Source: Acutalibacteraceae bacterium (GTDB lineage Bacteria > Bacillota > Clostridia > Oscillospirales > Acutalibacteraceae). From it: a stretch of 32,000 nt of DNA. The translations under genes and the position numbers were made by a program. The notes beneath the pieces are model-generated. The model worked only from the letters and a program-made list of their open reading frames with translations. It searched no databases and was not told the origin of the DNA. Within the stretch, counting starts at the first letter, position 1; every line of letters begins with the position of its first letter. The stretch covers positions 99,304 through 131,303 of the forward strand of contig JAZNOZ010000007.1 of assembly GCA_045589395.1 (NCBI GenBank), written 5' to 3'. Below are positions 16,845 through 26,284 of the stretch, one piece after another.

Positions 16845-17399
16845 TTATTCTACCTCCGTTTTTACGGGTTTTCTGTACACCGTAAGCTTAACTGAAGAAT
16901 ACTTATATTCACGGTCTATTTCAAGAGAAGCTACCTTTTCAGGTAAAACCTCATCCGCCTGAGTTTCACATATAACAACCGAAGTTTCTTTAAGCACTCC
17001 GGGTAATAAAAGGAATGCCTTATCACAAAGTTGTTTATTATAAGGAGGATCAAGAATAACTATATCGAATTTTTCCTTTGCAAGGGAAAGATAAGAAAAA
17101 GCATCGGAAAGTACAACAGAAGACTCTTTATCAAAGTGAACAAGAGAAATATTCTGTTTTATAATTTCAACAGACTTCTTGTTGCTGTCAACAAAAACGG
17201 CTCTTTCGGCACCGCGGCTTATTGCTTCAATTCCGAGCTGCCCGCTGCCGGCAAAAAGATCAAGGACACTTCTGCCTTCAATCTCAAACTGTATAATGCT
17301 GAATAATGACTCTTTTACCTTATCCGTTGTGGGGCGGACATCCATCCCCTCTGCGGAAACAAGTCTGCGACCGCGCGCTGATCCTGTTATAACTCGCAT
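16845..17399 (-). CDS. rsmD: 16S rRNA (guanine966-N2)-methyltransferase RsmD
   Basis: Starts MRVITGSARGRRL, with RPTTDKVKESLF, a SAM motif DLFAGSGQLGIEA and the DPPY motif. Confidence 0.9.
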   Translation of the reverse strand: MRVITGSARGRRLVSAEGMDVRPTTDKVKESLFSIIQFEIEGRSVLDLFAGSGQLGIEAISRGAERAVFVDSNKKSVEIIKQNISLVHFDKESSVVLSDAFSYLSLAKEKFDIVILDPPYNKQLCDKAFLLLPGVLKETSVVICETQADEVLPEKVASLEIDREYKYSSVKLTVYRKPVKTEVE

Positions 17400-17455
17400 A
17401 AATAAATCTCCGTACTATAATCTCATTATATTATCCCACCAAATACAGTGTTTTG

Positions 17456-18109
17456 TCAACTGTTTTTTTCAATTATATCAATAATATCCCAAACTTCATG
17501 AGCAATTTCATCAAATCCGCACTTTTCAAGGATGTCTTTATCTCTGAATCCCCATAAAACACCGATGCTCTTAACCGATGCATTAACTGCCGTTTCGGCA
17601 TCCACTTCGGAATCTCCGATATAAAAAATTTCGGATTTTTTTATATCTAACTGTTCAGCTATACTAAAAATACCGTCAGGAGCAGGCTTTAAGTTATCCG
17701 TACCGTTATCTCCGCACACCTTATCGAAGTATCCGGGGAAAAAATCATTACAAAGCTCTTTTGCCGCACTTTCAAGCTTATTTGTCAGAACGGCACATTT
17801 TATTCCTCTTTGCCTTATTTCATCAAGACATTCAAAAATCCCGTCATACGGCTTTGTTTTTATTCTTGAATGAAGTGCGTAATATTCTTTCAGTCTTGCA
17901 GTTACTTCTATTACAGTTTTTTCTTCACAGTCTTCAGGTAAAGCTCTTTTTGCAAGCATACCGAGTCCGTTACCGATAAAGCTTCTGATTTCAGCTTTTG
18001 TCCGTACAGGAAAACTGAACTCAGACAAAACAAAATTCATACTGTCCTTCAAATCATCAAGCGTATCTATAAGCGTTCCGTCCAAATCAAAAATAACTGC
18101 CTTAATCAT
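17456..18109 (-). CDS. HAD-IA family hydrolase (phosphoglycolate-phosphatase-like)
   Basis: IFDLDGTLIDT (DxD motif), LTNK and GDSEVD. ATG 18109 or 18112 follows AGGAG. The start overlaps the 3' end of uvrC. The ORF extension to 18157 was rejected. Confidence 0.8.
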   Translation of the reverse strand: MIKAVIFDLDGTLIDTLDDLKDSMNFVLSEFSFPVRTKAEIRSFIGNGLGMLAKRALPEDCEEKTVIEVTARLKEYYALHSRIKTKPYDGIFECLDEIRQRGIKCAVLTNKLESAAKELCNDFFPGYFDKVCGDNGTDNLKPAPDGIFSIAEQLDIKKSEIFYIGDSEVDAETAVNASVKSIGVLWGFRDKDILEKCGFDEIAHEVWDIIDIIEKNS

Positions 18110-19943
18110 CATTTTCTCCTCTGAAAAACAAATAAATATTATTCGCAACAGTTTCATTTATACCGTCAAGTGCCAGCAAATCCTCAAGCTCTGCCTTGCT
18201 GAGTGCCTCAATGCTCTTAAAATTTTTCAAAAGTATCTTAGCTCTTTTTTCTCCCACACCGTCAATCTGAGTAAGCACACTGTTGAGAGTCCGTTTCTTT
18301 TTCAGCTGTCTGTGATATGTGATAGCGTAACGGTGAACCTCTTCCTGAATATCGGCAACAAGATTAAACACACTTCTGTTGTCATTAATGGCAATTTCCG
18401 CTCCGCCTGAGCTTATGGCTCTTGTTCTGTGCTTTGAGTCCTTTACCATACCGAACAGCGGCACATCAAAGCCTCTTTTTTCGAGCACTTCCTTAACGGT
18501 ATTGACCTGACCTGCACCGCCGTCAAGCAGAATAAGGTCTGGCTTGACACCGAAGCCCTCCTGCGCTCCCTCGTTCAGGTGGTATTCATTGATTCTTCTG
18601 TTAATAACCTCAGCAAGAGAACGGTAGTCATCCTGTCCTTCAAAGCTTTTTATCATAAAGCGTCTGTAGTTCTTTTTGCTCGGTCTGCCGTTTTTAAAAA
18701 CAACCATTCCTGCAACATTTTCACTGCCGTTTGTGTTTGAAATATCGTACGCTTCAATGTATTCGGGAAAACATTTAAGCTGTAACATTTCCTGAAGCTC
18801 AATAAGAGCCGCTCTTTTTTTATCATCATATGCCATTATTCTGGCGAGCTTTTCAGAAGCATTCTTTTTAGCCATTTCAACAAGCGTTACGCCTTCCCCG
18901 GCCTTGGGACAATAAAGTGTTACTTTTTTCTTGGCAACAAAAGAAAGATACTCTTCAAGAAAAGCAAAATTTTCCAACCTTGTATCAACACATACACGAT
19001 CGGGAAAATCGGGATGCTCGGAATAGAAATTTGCAATTATTTCTGTATATTCATCCTCAATATTTTCAATTCTGTCAAAAACAAAGGTGTCTGTACCAAC
19101 AAGATCACCGTTTCTGAAGCGCAAAACCGATAAACAGGATTTTGCATTAAGAGAGGCTATACCGAAAATATCCTGATTTTTATATTTCTGAGAAACAACA
19201 TGCTGCTTTTGCGAGGTTTTTTCAACAGCCTGTATCCTGTCGCGAAGCTTTGCTGCTTTTTCAAACTCAAGATTTTCGCTTGCTTCAAGCATTTCTTTTT
19301 TCCATTGAGATACCTTTGCAGTTTTGCCGCCAAGCACAAAATCCAATGCAGCCTCAACTGCTTCATTATGCTCCTCTTTTGTTACTTTTCCGCAGCAGGC
19401 TCCCGAGCAAAGCTTGATATAGAAATTAAGACACGGACGGGAATTTTTGCTTATATCCTGCGGAAAAACCTTTTTGCAATGAGGAAGTCTGAAAACATCA
19501 AGCGCCTGTTTTACAGCCGATGACACATATTCAGATGATGTATACGGACCTAAAAATTCAACATTCGCTTCATCGCTTTTCTGTTTTACGGAATAAAGCA
19601 TTTTCCAGTCATTTTTCTTAAATTTTATATAATGGTAGCCCTTATCATCCTTTAGAAGAATATTATATTTAGGGGTATGCTGCTTTATAAGATTACATTC
19701 CAGCACAAGTGCTTCAAATTCCGTTGTAACAATTATATAATCAAAATCCTTAACATTCTCAACCATTTTAAGAACCTTTAGCGTGTGGCGGTTCTGAGAG
19801 CCGAAATACTGGCTGACTCTGTTTTTGAGATTTTTTGCTTTTCCGATATATATTATTTCACCCGAAGAATTTTTCATAATATACACTCCGGGCTGTTCGG
19901 GCAATGCCTGAGCTTTTTTTAACAGAACATCTAATCTCGACAA
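18102..19943 (-). CDS. uvrC: excinuclease ABC subunit C
   Basis: 613 aa. GIY-YIG domain PGVYIMKN..GEIIYIGKAKNLKNRVSQY, a UvrB-interaction region, an endonuclease domain and a C-terminal (HhH)2. TTG start after AAGGGGGA. Confidence 0.95.
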   Translation of the reverse strand: MSRLDVLLKKAQALPEQPGVYIMKNSSGEIIYIGKAKNLKNRVSQYFGSQNRHTLKVLKMVENVKDFDYIIVTTEFEALVLECNLIKQHTPKYNILLKDDKGYHYIKFKKNDWKMLYSVKQKSDEANVEFLGPYTSSEYVSSAVKQALDVFRLPHCKKVFPQDISKNSRPCLNFYIKLCSGACCGKVTKEEHNEAVEAALDFVLGGKTAKVSQWKKEMLEASENLEFEKAAKLRDRIQAVEKTSQKQHVVSQKYKNQDIFGIASLNAKSCLSVLRFRNGDLVGTDTFVFDRIENIEDEYTEIIANFYSEHPDFPDRVCVDTRLENFAFLEEYLSFVAKKKVTLYCPKAGEGVTLVEMAKKNASEKLARIMAYDDKKRAALIELQEMLQLKCFPEYIEAYDISNTNGSENVAGMVVFKNGRPSKKNYRRFMIKSFEGQDDYRSLAEVINRRINEYHLNEGAQEGFGVKPDLILLDGGAGQVNTVKEVLEKRGFDVPLFGMVKDSKHRTRAISSGGAEIAINDNRSVFNLVADIQEEVHRYAITYHRQLKKKRTLNSVLTQIDGVGEKRAKILLKNFKSIEALSKAELEDLLALDGINETVANNIYLFFRGENDD

Positions 19944-19969
19944 GTGCTTATCCCCCTTTCAAAGTAAAA

Positions 19970-20004
19970 TAAATGAAAAAAGTGTATCGGAAAAACCGAC
20001 ACAC
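19970..20004 (-). terminator. rho-independent terminator of ptsH
   Basis: Minus-strand RNA GUGUGUCGG-uuuuu-CCGAUACAC followed by UUUUUUCAUUUAUUUU. Confidence 0.7.
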
Positions 20005-20023
20005 CAATTTTCAAACAACTGCA

Positions 20024-20287
20024 TTATTCGGCAAAACCGGAAACAACGAGTTTTTCAAGAGCATCAACTGCTTCGTTTTCATCAACACCATCTGCGATAA
20101 TCTTGATTTCTGTTCCGCCTGTGATACCGAGTGAAAGGACACCGAGGAGGCTCTTTGCATTTGCTCTGCGTTCTTCCTTTTCAACCCATATGGATGAACG
20201 GAATTCATTCGCCTTCTGAATGAAGAATGTTGCAGGACGAGCATGAAGACCAACCTGATTCTGAACTAAAATATCCTTACTAATCAT
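20024..20287 (-). CDS. ptsH: phosphocarrier protein HPr
   Basis: 87 aa. The His15 motif GLHARPA and the Ser46 region NAKSLLGVLSLG are both present. Confidence 0.9.
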   Translation of the reverse strand: MISKDILVQNQVGLHARPATFFIQKANEFRSSIWVEKEERRANAKSLLGVLSLGITGGTEIKIIADGVDENEAVDALEKLVVSGFAE

Positions 20288-20327
20288 AAAGAATCTCCTT
20301 TTCGGAAAATAAAAAGATTTCTAATAT

Positions 20328-20355
20328 ATTATATCACAAACTTAAATGCAGTCAA
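20328..20355 (-). promoter_or_regulatory. sigma-A promoter of ptsH
   Basis: On the minus strand, TTGACT (20355-20350), a 16-nt spacer, then TATAAT (20333-20328). Confidence 0.6.
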
Positions 20356-20357
20356 TC

Positions 20358-20387
20358 AAAATAATTAAACGAATTTTTAATTCGTTT
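20358..20387 (-). terminator. terminator after trmD
   Basis: AAACGAATT-ttt-AATTCGTTT forms a 9-bp perfect stem, followed on the minus strand by AAUUAUUUU. Confidence 0.55.
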
Positions 20388-20474
20388 GAAAATCTAAAAC
20401 AAACCAAATTAAAAACTTGTGTTTTGTGCATATTGACCACAATAACTTTACAAAATACAACAATACATCTAAAA

Positions 20475-21215
20475 TTACTTGTCTTTTTTCAAGCTATCCA
20501 AATATTCCTTATCAGATTTTGACAAAGCAACATTTTCAAGCAAATCGGGGCGTCTTTCAAAAGTTCTCTTAAGCGACTGCTCATGCTTCCATTTTTCTAT
20601 ATTCGCATGGTGTCCTGAAATGAGTACTTCGGGCACCTCTTTTTCATTCCAGCAAAAGGGTTTTGTGTATTGCGGATGCTCAAGCAAGCCCGCATAATGG
20701 CTTTCAAGAGAAAATGCCTCTTCGTTGGGCAATACACCGTCTACCATTCTTGCAATACAGTCGGTAAGCACCAATGCCGGCAATTCACCGCCCGTCAATA
20801 CATAATCACCGATAGAAATTTCTTCATCAACAATTTCTTCTAAAACTCTTTCGTCGATCCCCTCATAATGCCCGCAAAGAAGAGCTATATTATCCATCTG
20901 CGCCAACTGCTTTGCTCTTTCCTGTGTGAGCACCTGACCCTGCGGTGAAAGATAAATCAGATGCGGTTTTTTCTCAAGCCTTGCGCACAAATCCTTATAG
21001 CAGTCATAAATCGGCTGAGCCTGCATCAACATTCCCATTCCGCCGCCATAGGGTGTGTCATCAACCCGATTGTGCTTATCAAGAGTAAAATCTCTGATGT
21101 TTACGGCATTTATTTCTATTAATCCCTTAGCCTTTGCTCTTCCGACTATGCTTTCATTAAACACAGCCTTACACATTTCGGGAAATAAGGTCAGGATATC
21201 AATCCGCATCATCAA
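20475..21215 (-). CDS. trmD: tRNA (guanine37-N1)-methyltransferase
   Basis: Starts MRIDILTLFPEM, with GGGMGMLM, LCGHYEGIDERV and GDYVLTGGELPA. The start is one of three consecutive ATGs at 21215-21207 and overlaps the rimM stop codon. Confidence 0.95.
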   Translation of the reverse strand: MMMRIDILTLFPEMCKAVFNESIVGRAKAKGLIEINAVNIRDFTLDKHNRVDDTPYGGGMGMLMQAQPIYDCYKDLCARLEKKPHLIYLSPQGQVLTQERAKQLAQMDNIALLCGHYEGIDERVLEEIVDEEISIGDYVLTGGELPALVLTDCIARMVDGVLPNEEAFSLESHYAGLLEHPQYTKPFCWNEKEVPEVLISGHHANIEKWKHEQSLKRTFERRPDLLENVALSKSDKEYLDSLKKDK

Positions 21216-21720
21216 ATATTCCTTTCAGAGGTCTTATGTATGCCTTGTTATCGGCAACATCTACCTTAATAACAACATCCTTTATTGCAGGCAGCAGATA
21301 TTCATTCTTATTGTCATCCGTAACATACCAGACATCGTTAGCTCCCGTTGAGCTAACATCTGTCAGTATACCGTATTTTTTATCGCTGTCATCAGCATCA
21401 AGAACCTCACAGCCGATAAGCTCTTCAATAAACCATGTGCCCTCTGGAAGATTGGCATCTGCTCGCTTTATATAAAGCACGGTATTTCTCAAAGCGGCTG
21501 CCTCATCAACAGAATTCACCGTTTCAAGCTTCATAAGAATAATATTTCCGTGGGGACGGCAAAGTGTGACCTTTGCACTCTTTTCTCCCTTTTTATCAAA
21601 ATACACAGTTTTGAACTGCTTTGCAAATTCGGGAGAATCACACCAGGGGTTAACTCTGAGTTCCCCCCTGATGCCGTGTGTGCTTACAATCTGACCTAAT
21701 TCAAGATATTCCTTTATCAT
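21199..21720 (-). CDS. rimM: 16S rRNA processing protein RimM
   Basis: 173 aa. LELGQIVSTHGIRGELRV plus a PRC-barrel C-terminal half. Located immediately upstream of trmD. Confidence 0.9.
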   Translation of the reverse strand: MIKEYLELGQIVSTHGIRGELRVNPWCDSPEFAKQFKTVYFDKKGEKSAKVTLCRPHGNIILMKLETVNSVDEAAALRNTVLYIKRADANLPEGTWFIEELIGCEVLDADDSDKKYGILTDVSSTGANDVWYVTDDNKNEYLLPAIKDVVIKVDVADNKAYIRPLKGIFDDAD

Positions 21721-21722
21721 AA

Positions 21723-22874
21723 TCAGATTTCGGGAATTTCAATTTCAACTTCTCTGCCGGCTTTTGCAGAACGGGAAATACCGTCAATAATAGCCTGATT
21801 GTAAAGAATCTGGCTTGAGGGTACGGGAGAAGCAAGACCGTTCTTGACAGCATCAACAAAGTATCTTATCTTGCTGTAGAAGTTATCGCAATGATTTTCT
21901 CTTTCGGGAACTTCTGTTTCAACATCGCTGCCTGCTATTGTGCGGTAAATCTTAAGAGGACCGCCGATAGAGCCGTTCCAGCATTCTGTTGAGGGAATAC
22001 GAAGACCAGCTTTTGTACCGAGAATAATTGTGTCACCGGGAGTGTCAAGGTTCATAGCCCATGCAATTCTGAAGTCAAGGATGATGCCGCCTTCAAGACG
22101 AACAAACGCTGCTGCGAAGTCATCAACATTGAAAAGCTTTGCATATTCGGGATGCTCGGGATATGTAACGGGGTCAGTTCCGAAGAATCTTGATGTGTAA
22201 CCGGAAACTGTAAGGGGCTTGGGATAACCGATTGCATTAAGCACCATATCAAGAGAATAACAGCCGATGTCTGCAAGAGCACCGATACCTGCTGTTTTGT
22301 CTTCAATAAAGCTTGTGCCGTAAGGAGTGGGAATACCTCTTCTTCTGCCGCCGCCTGTCTGGATATAATAAATATCGCCAAGCTCACCAGATTCAACAAT
22401 CTTTTTTACCATTTTCATATTTTCATCAAAACGGGGCTGGAAGCCGATTGAGAGAAGCTTGCCGCTCTTCTTTTCTGCACGGCAGATTTCAACTGCTTCT
22501 TCAAGTGTTACACACATGGGCTTTTCAAGAAGAACATTAACGCCTTTTTCAAGTGCATAAATGGTACATTCAGCATGAGTTCTGTTATATGTGCAAACGC
22601 TTACTATATCGAGCTCTTCTGCATCAAGCATTGACTTGTGGTCGGGATAAAGGCGAGCTGATTCGATGCCGTTTGCCTTGCAGAATTTTTCTGCCTTACC
22701 CGGAATAAGGTCGGCTGCTGCAACGATTTCAACATCGGGACATTTAAGATAGTTAGCAACATGTGCTTCTGCTATCCAGCCTGTACCGATAATACCTACT
22801 TTTACCTTTTTGCCGTCATCAACTCTTTCTTCAACAACGGCTTCCTTGAAACGATCAAGAATATTGTCTGCCAT
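21723..22874 (-). CDS. Gfo/Idh/MocA-family NAD(P)-dependent oxidoreductase
   Basis: Rossmann N-terminus KVGIIGTGWIAEAHV, the EKP motif LLEKPM, and a C-terminal alpha/beta domain. The stop codon is 2 nt from the rimM start. Confidence 0.8.
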   Translation of the reverse strand: MADNILDRFKEAVVEERVDDGKKVKVGIIGTGWIAEAHVANYLKCPDVEIVAAADLIPGKAEKFCKANGIESARLYPDHKSMLDAEELDIVSVCTYNRTHAECTIYALEKGVNVLLEKPMCVTLEEAVEICRAEKKSGKLLSIGFQPRFDENMKMVKKIVESGELGDIYYIQTGGGRRRGIPTPYGTSFIEDKTAGIGALADIGCYSLDMVLNAIGYPKPLTVSGYTSRFFGTDPVTYPEHPEYAKLFNVDDFAAAFVRLEGGIILDFRIAWAMNLDTPGDTIILGTKAGLRIPSTECWNGSIGGPLKIYRTIAGSDVETEVPERENHCDNFYSKIRYFVDAVKNGLASPVPSSQILYNQAIIDGISRSAKAGREVEIEIPEI

Positions 22875-22894
22875 AATAAAAATACCTCCAAAAA

Positions 22895-23698
22895 TTAATC
22901 ATTTATAATTGAGAGAACCTCATTTTTTACACTTCTTGTAACACAAAGCACCGATGAAGGAGAGGTTAAGCTTATTTTCTCTCCGTTCATCTGCAAAAGC
23001 TCACCGCCTGCCTCTGTTACAATAACATAGCTTGCTGCATAATCCCAAGGGGACAGCAATGCTTCAAAGAAAATATCTGTTCTTCCGCATGCAAGGAAGC
23101 ATAAGTCAATCGCAGCAGAACCGCTTCTTCTTATGTCTGATGTTTTCATAAACAAGCGCTTTGCAACCTCAAAGGAATAGTCACCAAGCTTATCTCTGTA
23201 ATAAGGCGAAGTACCGAAGGTTACCAATGCTTCCTCAACACTGCGGCTTGCAGTATGAATAGGCTTTCCGTTAAGATAAGCACCTTCGCCCTTATATGCT
23301 ACAAACATTTCATCTGCATAGGGTGAATAGACAGCACCGAAAACAGGCTCATTGTCAAACAGCATTCCCACGCTTACCGCCGAAGCGTGCATATCGTGAA
23401 TGAAATTTGTTGTGCCGTCAATGGGATCTATAACAAAACAGATACCTTTTGAGTAGTCTTCAGAGAAGCTTGCGTTTTCCTCAGCAAGAAAGCGTGCTTC
23501 AGGAACAATCTGTAAAATCCCCTGAATAAGTGTTTCCTGTACCTTGACATCAAAAACAGTAACAAAATTTCCGGCACCGCTTTTTGCAGTTATGTTTTCC
23601 TCGTTACTCTCAATATCGTGAGCAGAAAGCATTATTTTTCCGCATTCACGCATAAGAGCTATTATTTTTTTCTGCTGATCTTTTGTTAAAATACTCAT
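22895..23698 (-). CDS. inositol-monophosphatase-family phosphatase (SuhB/IMPase-like)
   Basis: Metal-binding and catalytic motifs FLAEE, DPIDGTTNF and WDYAA. ATG 23698 lies 4 nt after the GNAT stop codon. The ORF-track TTG 23719 is an alternative start. Confidence 0.85.
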   Translation of the reverse strand: MSILTKDQQKKIIALMRECGKIMLSAHDIESNEENITAKSGAGNFVTVFDVKVQETLIQGILQIVPEARFLAEENASFSEDYSKGICFVIDPIDGTTNFIHDMHASAVSVGMLFDNEPVFGAVYSPYADEMFVAYKGEGAYLNGKPIHTASRSVEEALVTFGTSPYYRDKLGDYSFEVAKRLFMKTSDIRRSGSAAIDLCFLACGRTDIFFEALLSPWDYAASYVIVTEAGGELLQMNGEKISLTSPSSVLCVTRSVKNEVLSIIND

Positions 23699-23702
23699 TT
23701 TC

Positions 23703-24269
23703 TCATATCTCAAAATCAAGTGCCATTGCGTGTCCCATTTTTGTAGTCAGAAGACTCTTGAATCCGTTCTTTCTGTAGAAATTAATTGCCTGCTGATTAT
23801 CTGCACCGCATACCAACATAACACCGTTGATTTTCTTTTTGCGAAGATTTGATTTAAGGGCAGCAACAAGCATTGAGCCCAATCCCATACGCTGATAATT
23901 TGAATCAATATCAATATGCAGATGTGCAGGATAGCTTTTCTTGAACATTGAATGTGACAGTAAATCCAGCTTTGCCTCAACATATCTTTTAACGCTTATG
24001 GCTGCAGCCTGCGGAAGATATATTTCTTTGAAAACTTCCTCATATTTCTTATAATCCTGAGCGCAGATTATATAGCCTACAGCAACATCGTTATCATCAA
24101 CCGCAACAAAGCAGTTTTCAGGCTCCTGTTCAATATAATAATTGCAATACATTATAAGAATATATTTTTTTGTATCTTCAGATGACTCAGCAGTACAGCC
24201 TGCATTGTCAAGACAAATCTGCTGAACATTCTCTTTGTCTTTTTCCTGATACGGTCTTACCGTAAGCAT
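23703..24269 (-). CDS. GNAT-family N-acetyltransferase
   Basis: An acetyl-CoA-binding-like segment YQRMGLGSMLVAAL and the C-terminal A.NFYRKNGF motif. ATG 24269 follows GAGAAGGGA. The extension to 24317 was rejected. Confidence 0.75.
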   Translation of the reverse strand: MLTVRPYQEKDKENVQQICLDNAGCTAESSEDTKKYILIMYCNYYIEQEPENCFVAVDDNDVAVGYIICAQDYKKYEEVFKEIYLPQAAAISVKRYVEAKLDLLSHSMFKKSYPAHLHIDIDSNYQRMGLGSMLVAALKSNLRKKKINGVMLVCGADNQQAINFYRKNGFKSLLTTKMGHAMALDFEI

Positions 24270-24374
24270 ATTATCCCTTCTCCCGGTATTTTTTTTAATT
24301 GTACACTTTTTTTTCAAAAAAGTCTATAAGAATATAAAAAAATATGTTATATTTACATATGAGGTGACAAAAAA

Positions 24375-25352
24375 ATGAATTACGCAACTATAGGAACTTC
24401 TTGGATTACCGAAAAATTCATATCCGCAGCAAAATGTGTTGAGGATATGAACCTTTATGCCGTATATTCAAGAAATGAAGACACCGCTAAAGCGTTTGCA
24501 AAAAAACACGGTGCCGCAAAATATTTTACTTCCCTTGAAGACCTTGCAAATGACAAAAACACAGACGGTGTATATATAGCAAGTCCCAATGTTTTTCATT
24601 TTGAACAAAGCAGGTTTTTGTTGGAGCATTCAAAAAATGTTATCTGTGAAAAGCCTGCAACAACAACAAAAGAACAGATGGATTATCTTATAGCACTTGC
24701 AAAAGAAAAGCATGTTGTGTATATGGAAGCAATAATGTCCATACACACAGGTGCTTTTGATACACTTAAAGACTTACTGACACAGATAGGCAGAATAAGA
24801 AGCGTTAACTTAAATTTCTGTCAGCTCTCTTCAAAATATCCTGCTTATCTTGACGGAAAGAATCCCAACATTTTCAATCCTGAAATGCACACAGGCTGTC
24901 TTATGGATATCGGTGTATATAACCTCTATATTGCTGCCGCATTATTCGGCGAGCCGAAAAACATACTCTCCGATGCCCGTTTTCTTGAAAGCGGAGCCGA
25001 TTCAAACGGCTGCGCAATTCTCTCTTATGATGATAAGCTCCTGAGTCTGCTGTATTCAAAAACCGGTCAGAATTACGCACCGAGTGAAATTATCGGAGAT
25101 AAAGGCACAATAAGCATCGATTCAATTTCTCAGCTTACAGGCATTGATTTTATATCAAAAGAAACAAAATATAATGTTATACCGTATGAAGTGGACAGAG
25201 ATACAATAATGAGCGGCGAAGCACAGTTTTTCAGAGATATGATGCAAAGCAAGGATTTTTCAGATAAAAAATACATATTTGCAACAAACACCGCACTTAC
25301 GGTCAGAAAGATGTGTGATATTATAAGAAAACAGAATTCTTTTCCGTTTTAA
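24375..25352 (+). CDS. Gfo/Idh/MocA-family oxidoreductase
   Basis: The N-terminus YATIGTSWITEKF is a Rossmann-like motif of weaker consensus, and CEKP is the family EKP motif. GAGGTG Shine-Dalgarno sequence at 24361-24366. Confidence 0.75.
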   Translation: MNYATIGTSWITEKFISAAKCVEDMNLYAVYSRNEDTAKAFAKKHGAAKYFTSLEDLANDKNTDGVYIASPNVFHFEQSRFLLEHSKNVICEKPATTTKEQMDYLIALAKEKHVVYMEAIMSIHTGAFDTLKDLLTQIGRIRSVNLNFCQLSSKYPAYLDGKNPNIFNPEMHTGCLMDIGVYNLYIAAALFGEPKNILSDARFLESGADSNGCAILSYDDKLLSLLYSKTGQNYAPSEIIGDKGTISIDSISQLTGIDFISKETKYNVIPYEVDRDTIMSGEAQFFRDMMQSKDFSDKKYIFATNTALTVRKMCDIIRKQNSFPF

Positions 25353-26164
25353 GAACAACAAAAACGAGCTTCAATAATATCTATAACCTCACAAACGGCA
25401 CCGTCATCATTTGAGCATACAAAAACATCTCCTGCTTTTTTTGCTTTATCCTCTGCATTTTCGGGAACAAAGCTTAAAAATGCATCTGTAAGCATATCAA
25501 CATCATTTGAGCCGTCACCTACGGCAAAAACACGGTTATGGGGAACCGAAAGCAAATCGGCAAGTCTGTAAAGCCCCTTGCCTTTATCCGATGTTGTGCT
25601 GACTATCTCAAGAAAAGCTCCGTCAGACGGTATCGGACGGATTTTTCCCATATCGATATGCGACAGAAGCTTCTGTACCTCAAAGGACTTTTCGCCTACT
25701 CCTATCATAAGCTTTACGAGAGATACATTAATTTCATCAACAGAGCTTATAATGGAATATTCTATATTCTGCCCTGATAAATGGTCGCGGGTTCTTTGGT
25801 CCGGATTTATCACATAGGTTTCAAAATTACCGCTATACATCTCTATACACATATCGGGATATTTTTCAAGGACTGTTTTTATAAGCTTTTCGGCATCCTC
25901 CCTCATTGTATCCGAAAAAACAGTCTGCCGTTTCCCGTAATCATATGCCATCATTCCGTTTGAGCAAAGCACGGGGGCATTGATTATATCGGGAGAATAA
26001 CGGTGAAAGCCCTGCATTGTTCTGCCCGTACAAACAGTAAAAATACCGCCGTTTGCAATAAAATATTTTATTTTCTCTCTGACAGACTGCGGTATATTTC
26101 CCGAAGAATCCGCAAGTGTTCCGTCAAAGTCCGAAGCTAATAACATATTACTGAATTTTCCCAT
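25349..26164 (-). CDS. Cof-type HAD-IIB phosphatase
   Basis: LLASDFDGTL (DxD motif), TGR and GDGSNDVDM. ATG 26164 is preceded by AGGAGAG. The extension to 26215 was rejected. Confidence 0.8.
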   Translation of the reverse strand: MGKFSNMLLASDFDGTLADSSGNIPQSVREKIKYFIANGGIFTVCTGRTMQGFHRYSPDIINAPVLCSNGMMAYDYGKRQTVFSDTMREDAEKLIKTVLEKYPDMCIEMYSGNFETYVINPDQRTRDHLSGQNIEYSIISSVDEINVSLVKLMIGVGEKSFEVQKLLSHIDMGKIRPIPSDGAFLEIVSTTSDKGKGLYRLADLLSVPHNRVFAVGDGSNDVDMLTDAFLSFVPENAEDKAKKAGDVFVCSNDDGAVCEVIDIIEARFCCS

Positions 26165-26221
26165 AATGCACTCTCCTGTCGGAAAAATTTTATCACAAGC
26201 AAAATTTAAAAGCAATTATTA

Positions 26222-26249
26222 TTGACAAAGAAATAAAAATATTTATACT
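26222..26249 (+). promoter_or_regulatory. sigma-A-type promoter candidate for the DapA-family gene
   Basis: TTGACA (26222-26227), a 16-nt spacer, then TATACT (26244-26249). Confidence 0.5.
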
Positions 26250-26284
26250 TTACTTATACTGATAAAAAAGAAAGAAGAATAAAA

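Noticed and set aside
20011-20253. The 80-aa ORF overlapping ptsH in another frame.
   Set aside because: The HPr frame carries canonical His15 and Ser46 motifs. The alternative frame has no recognisable features.
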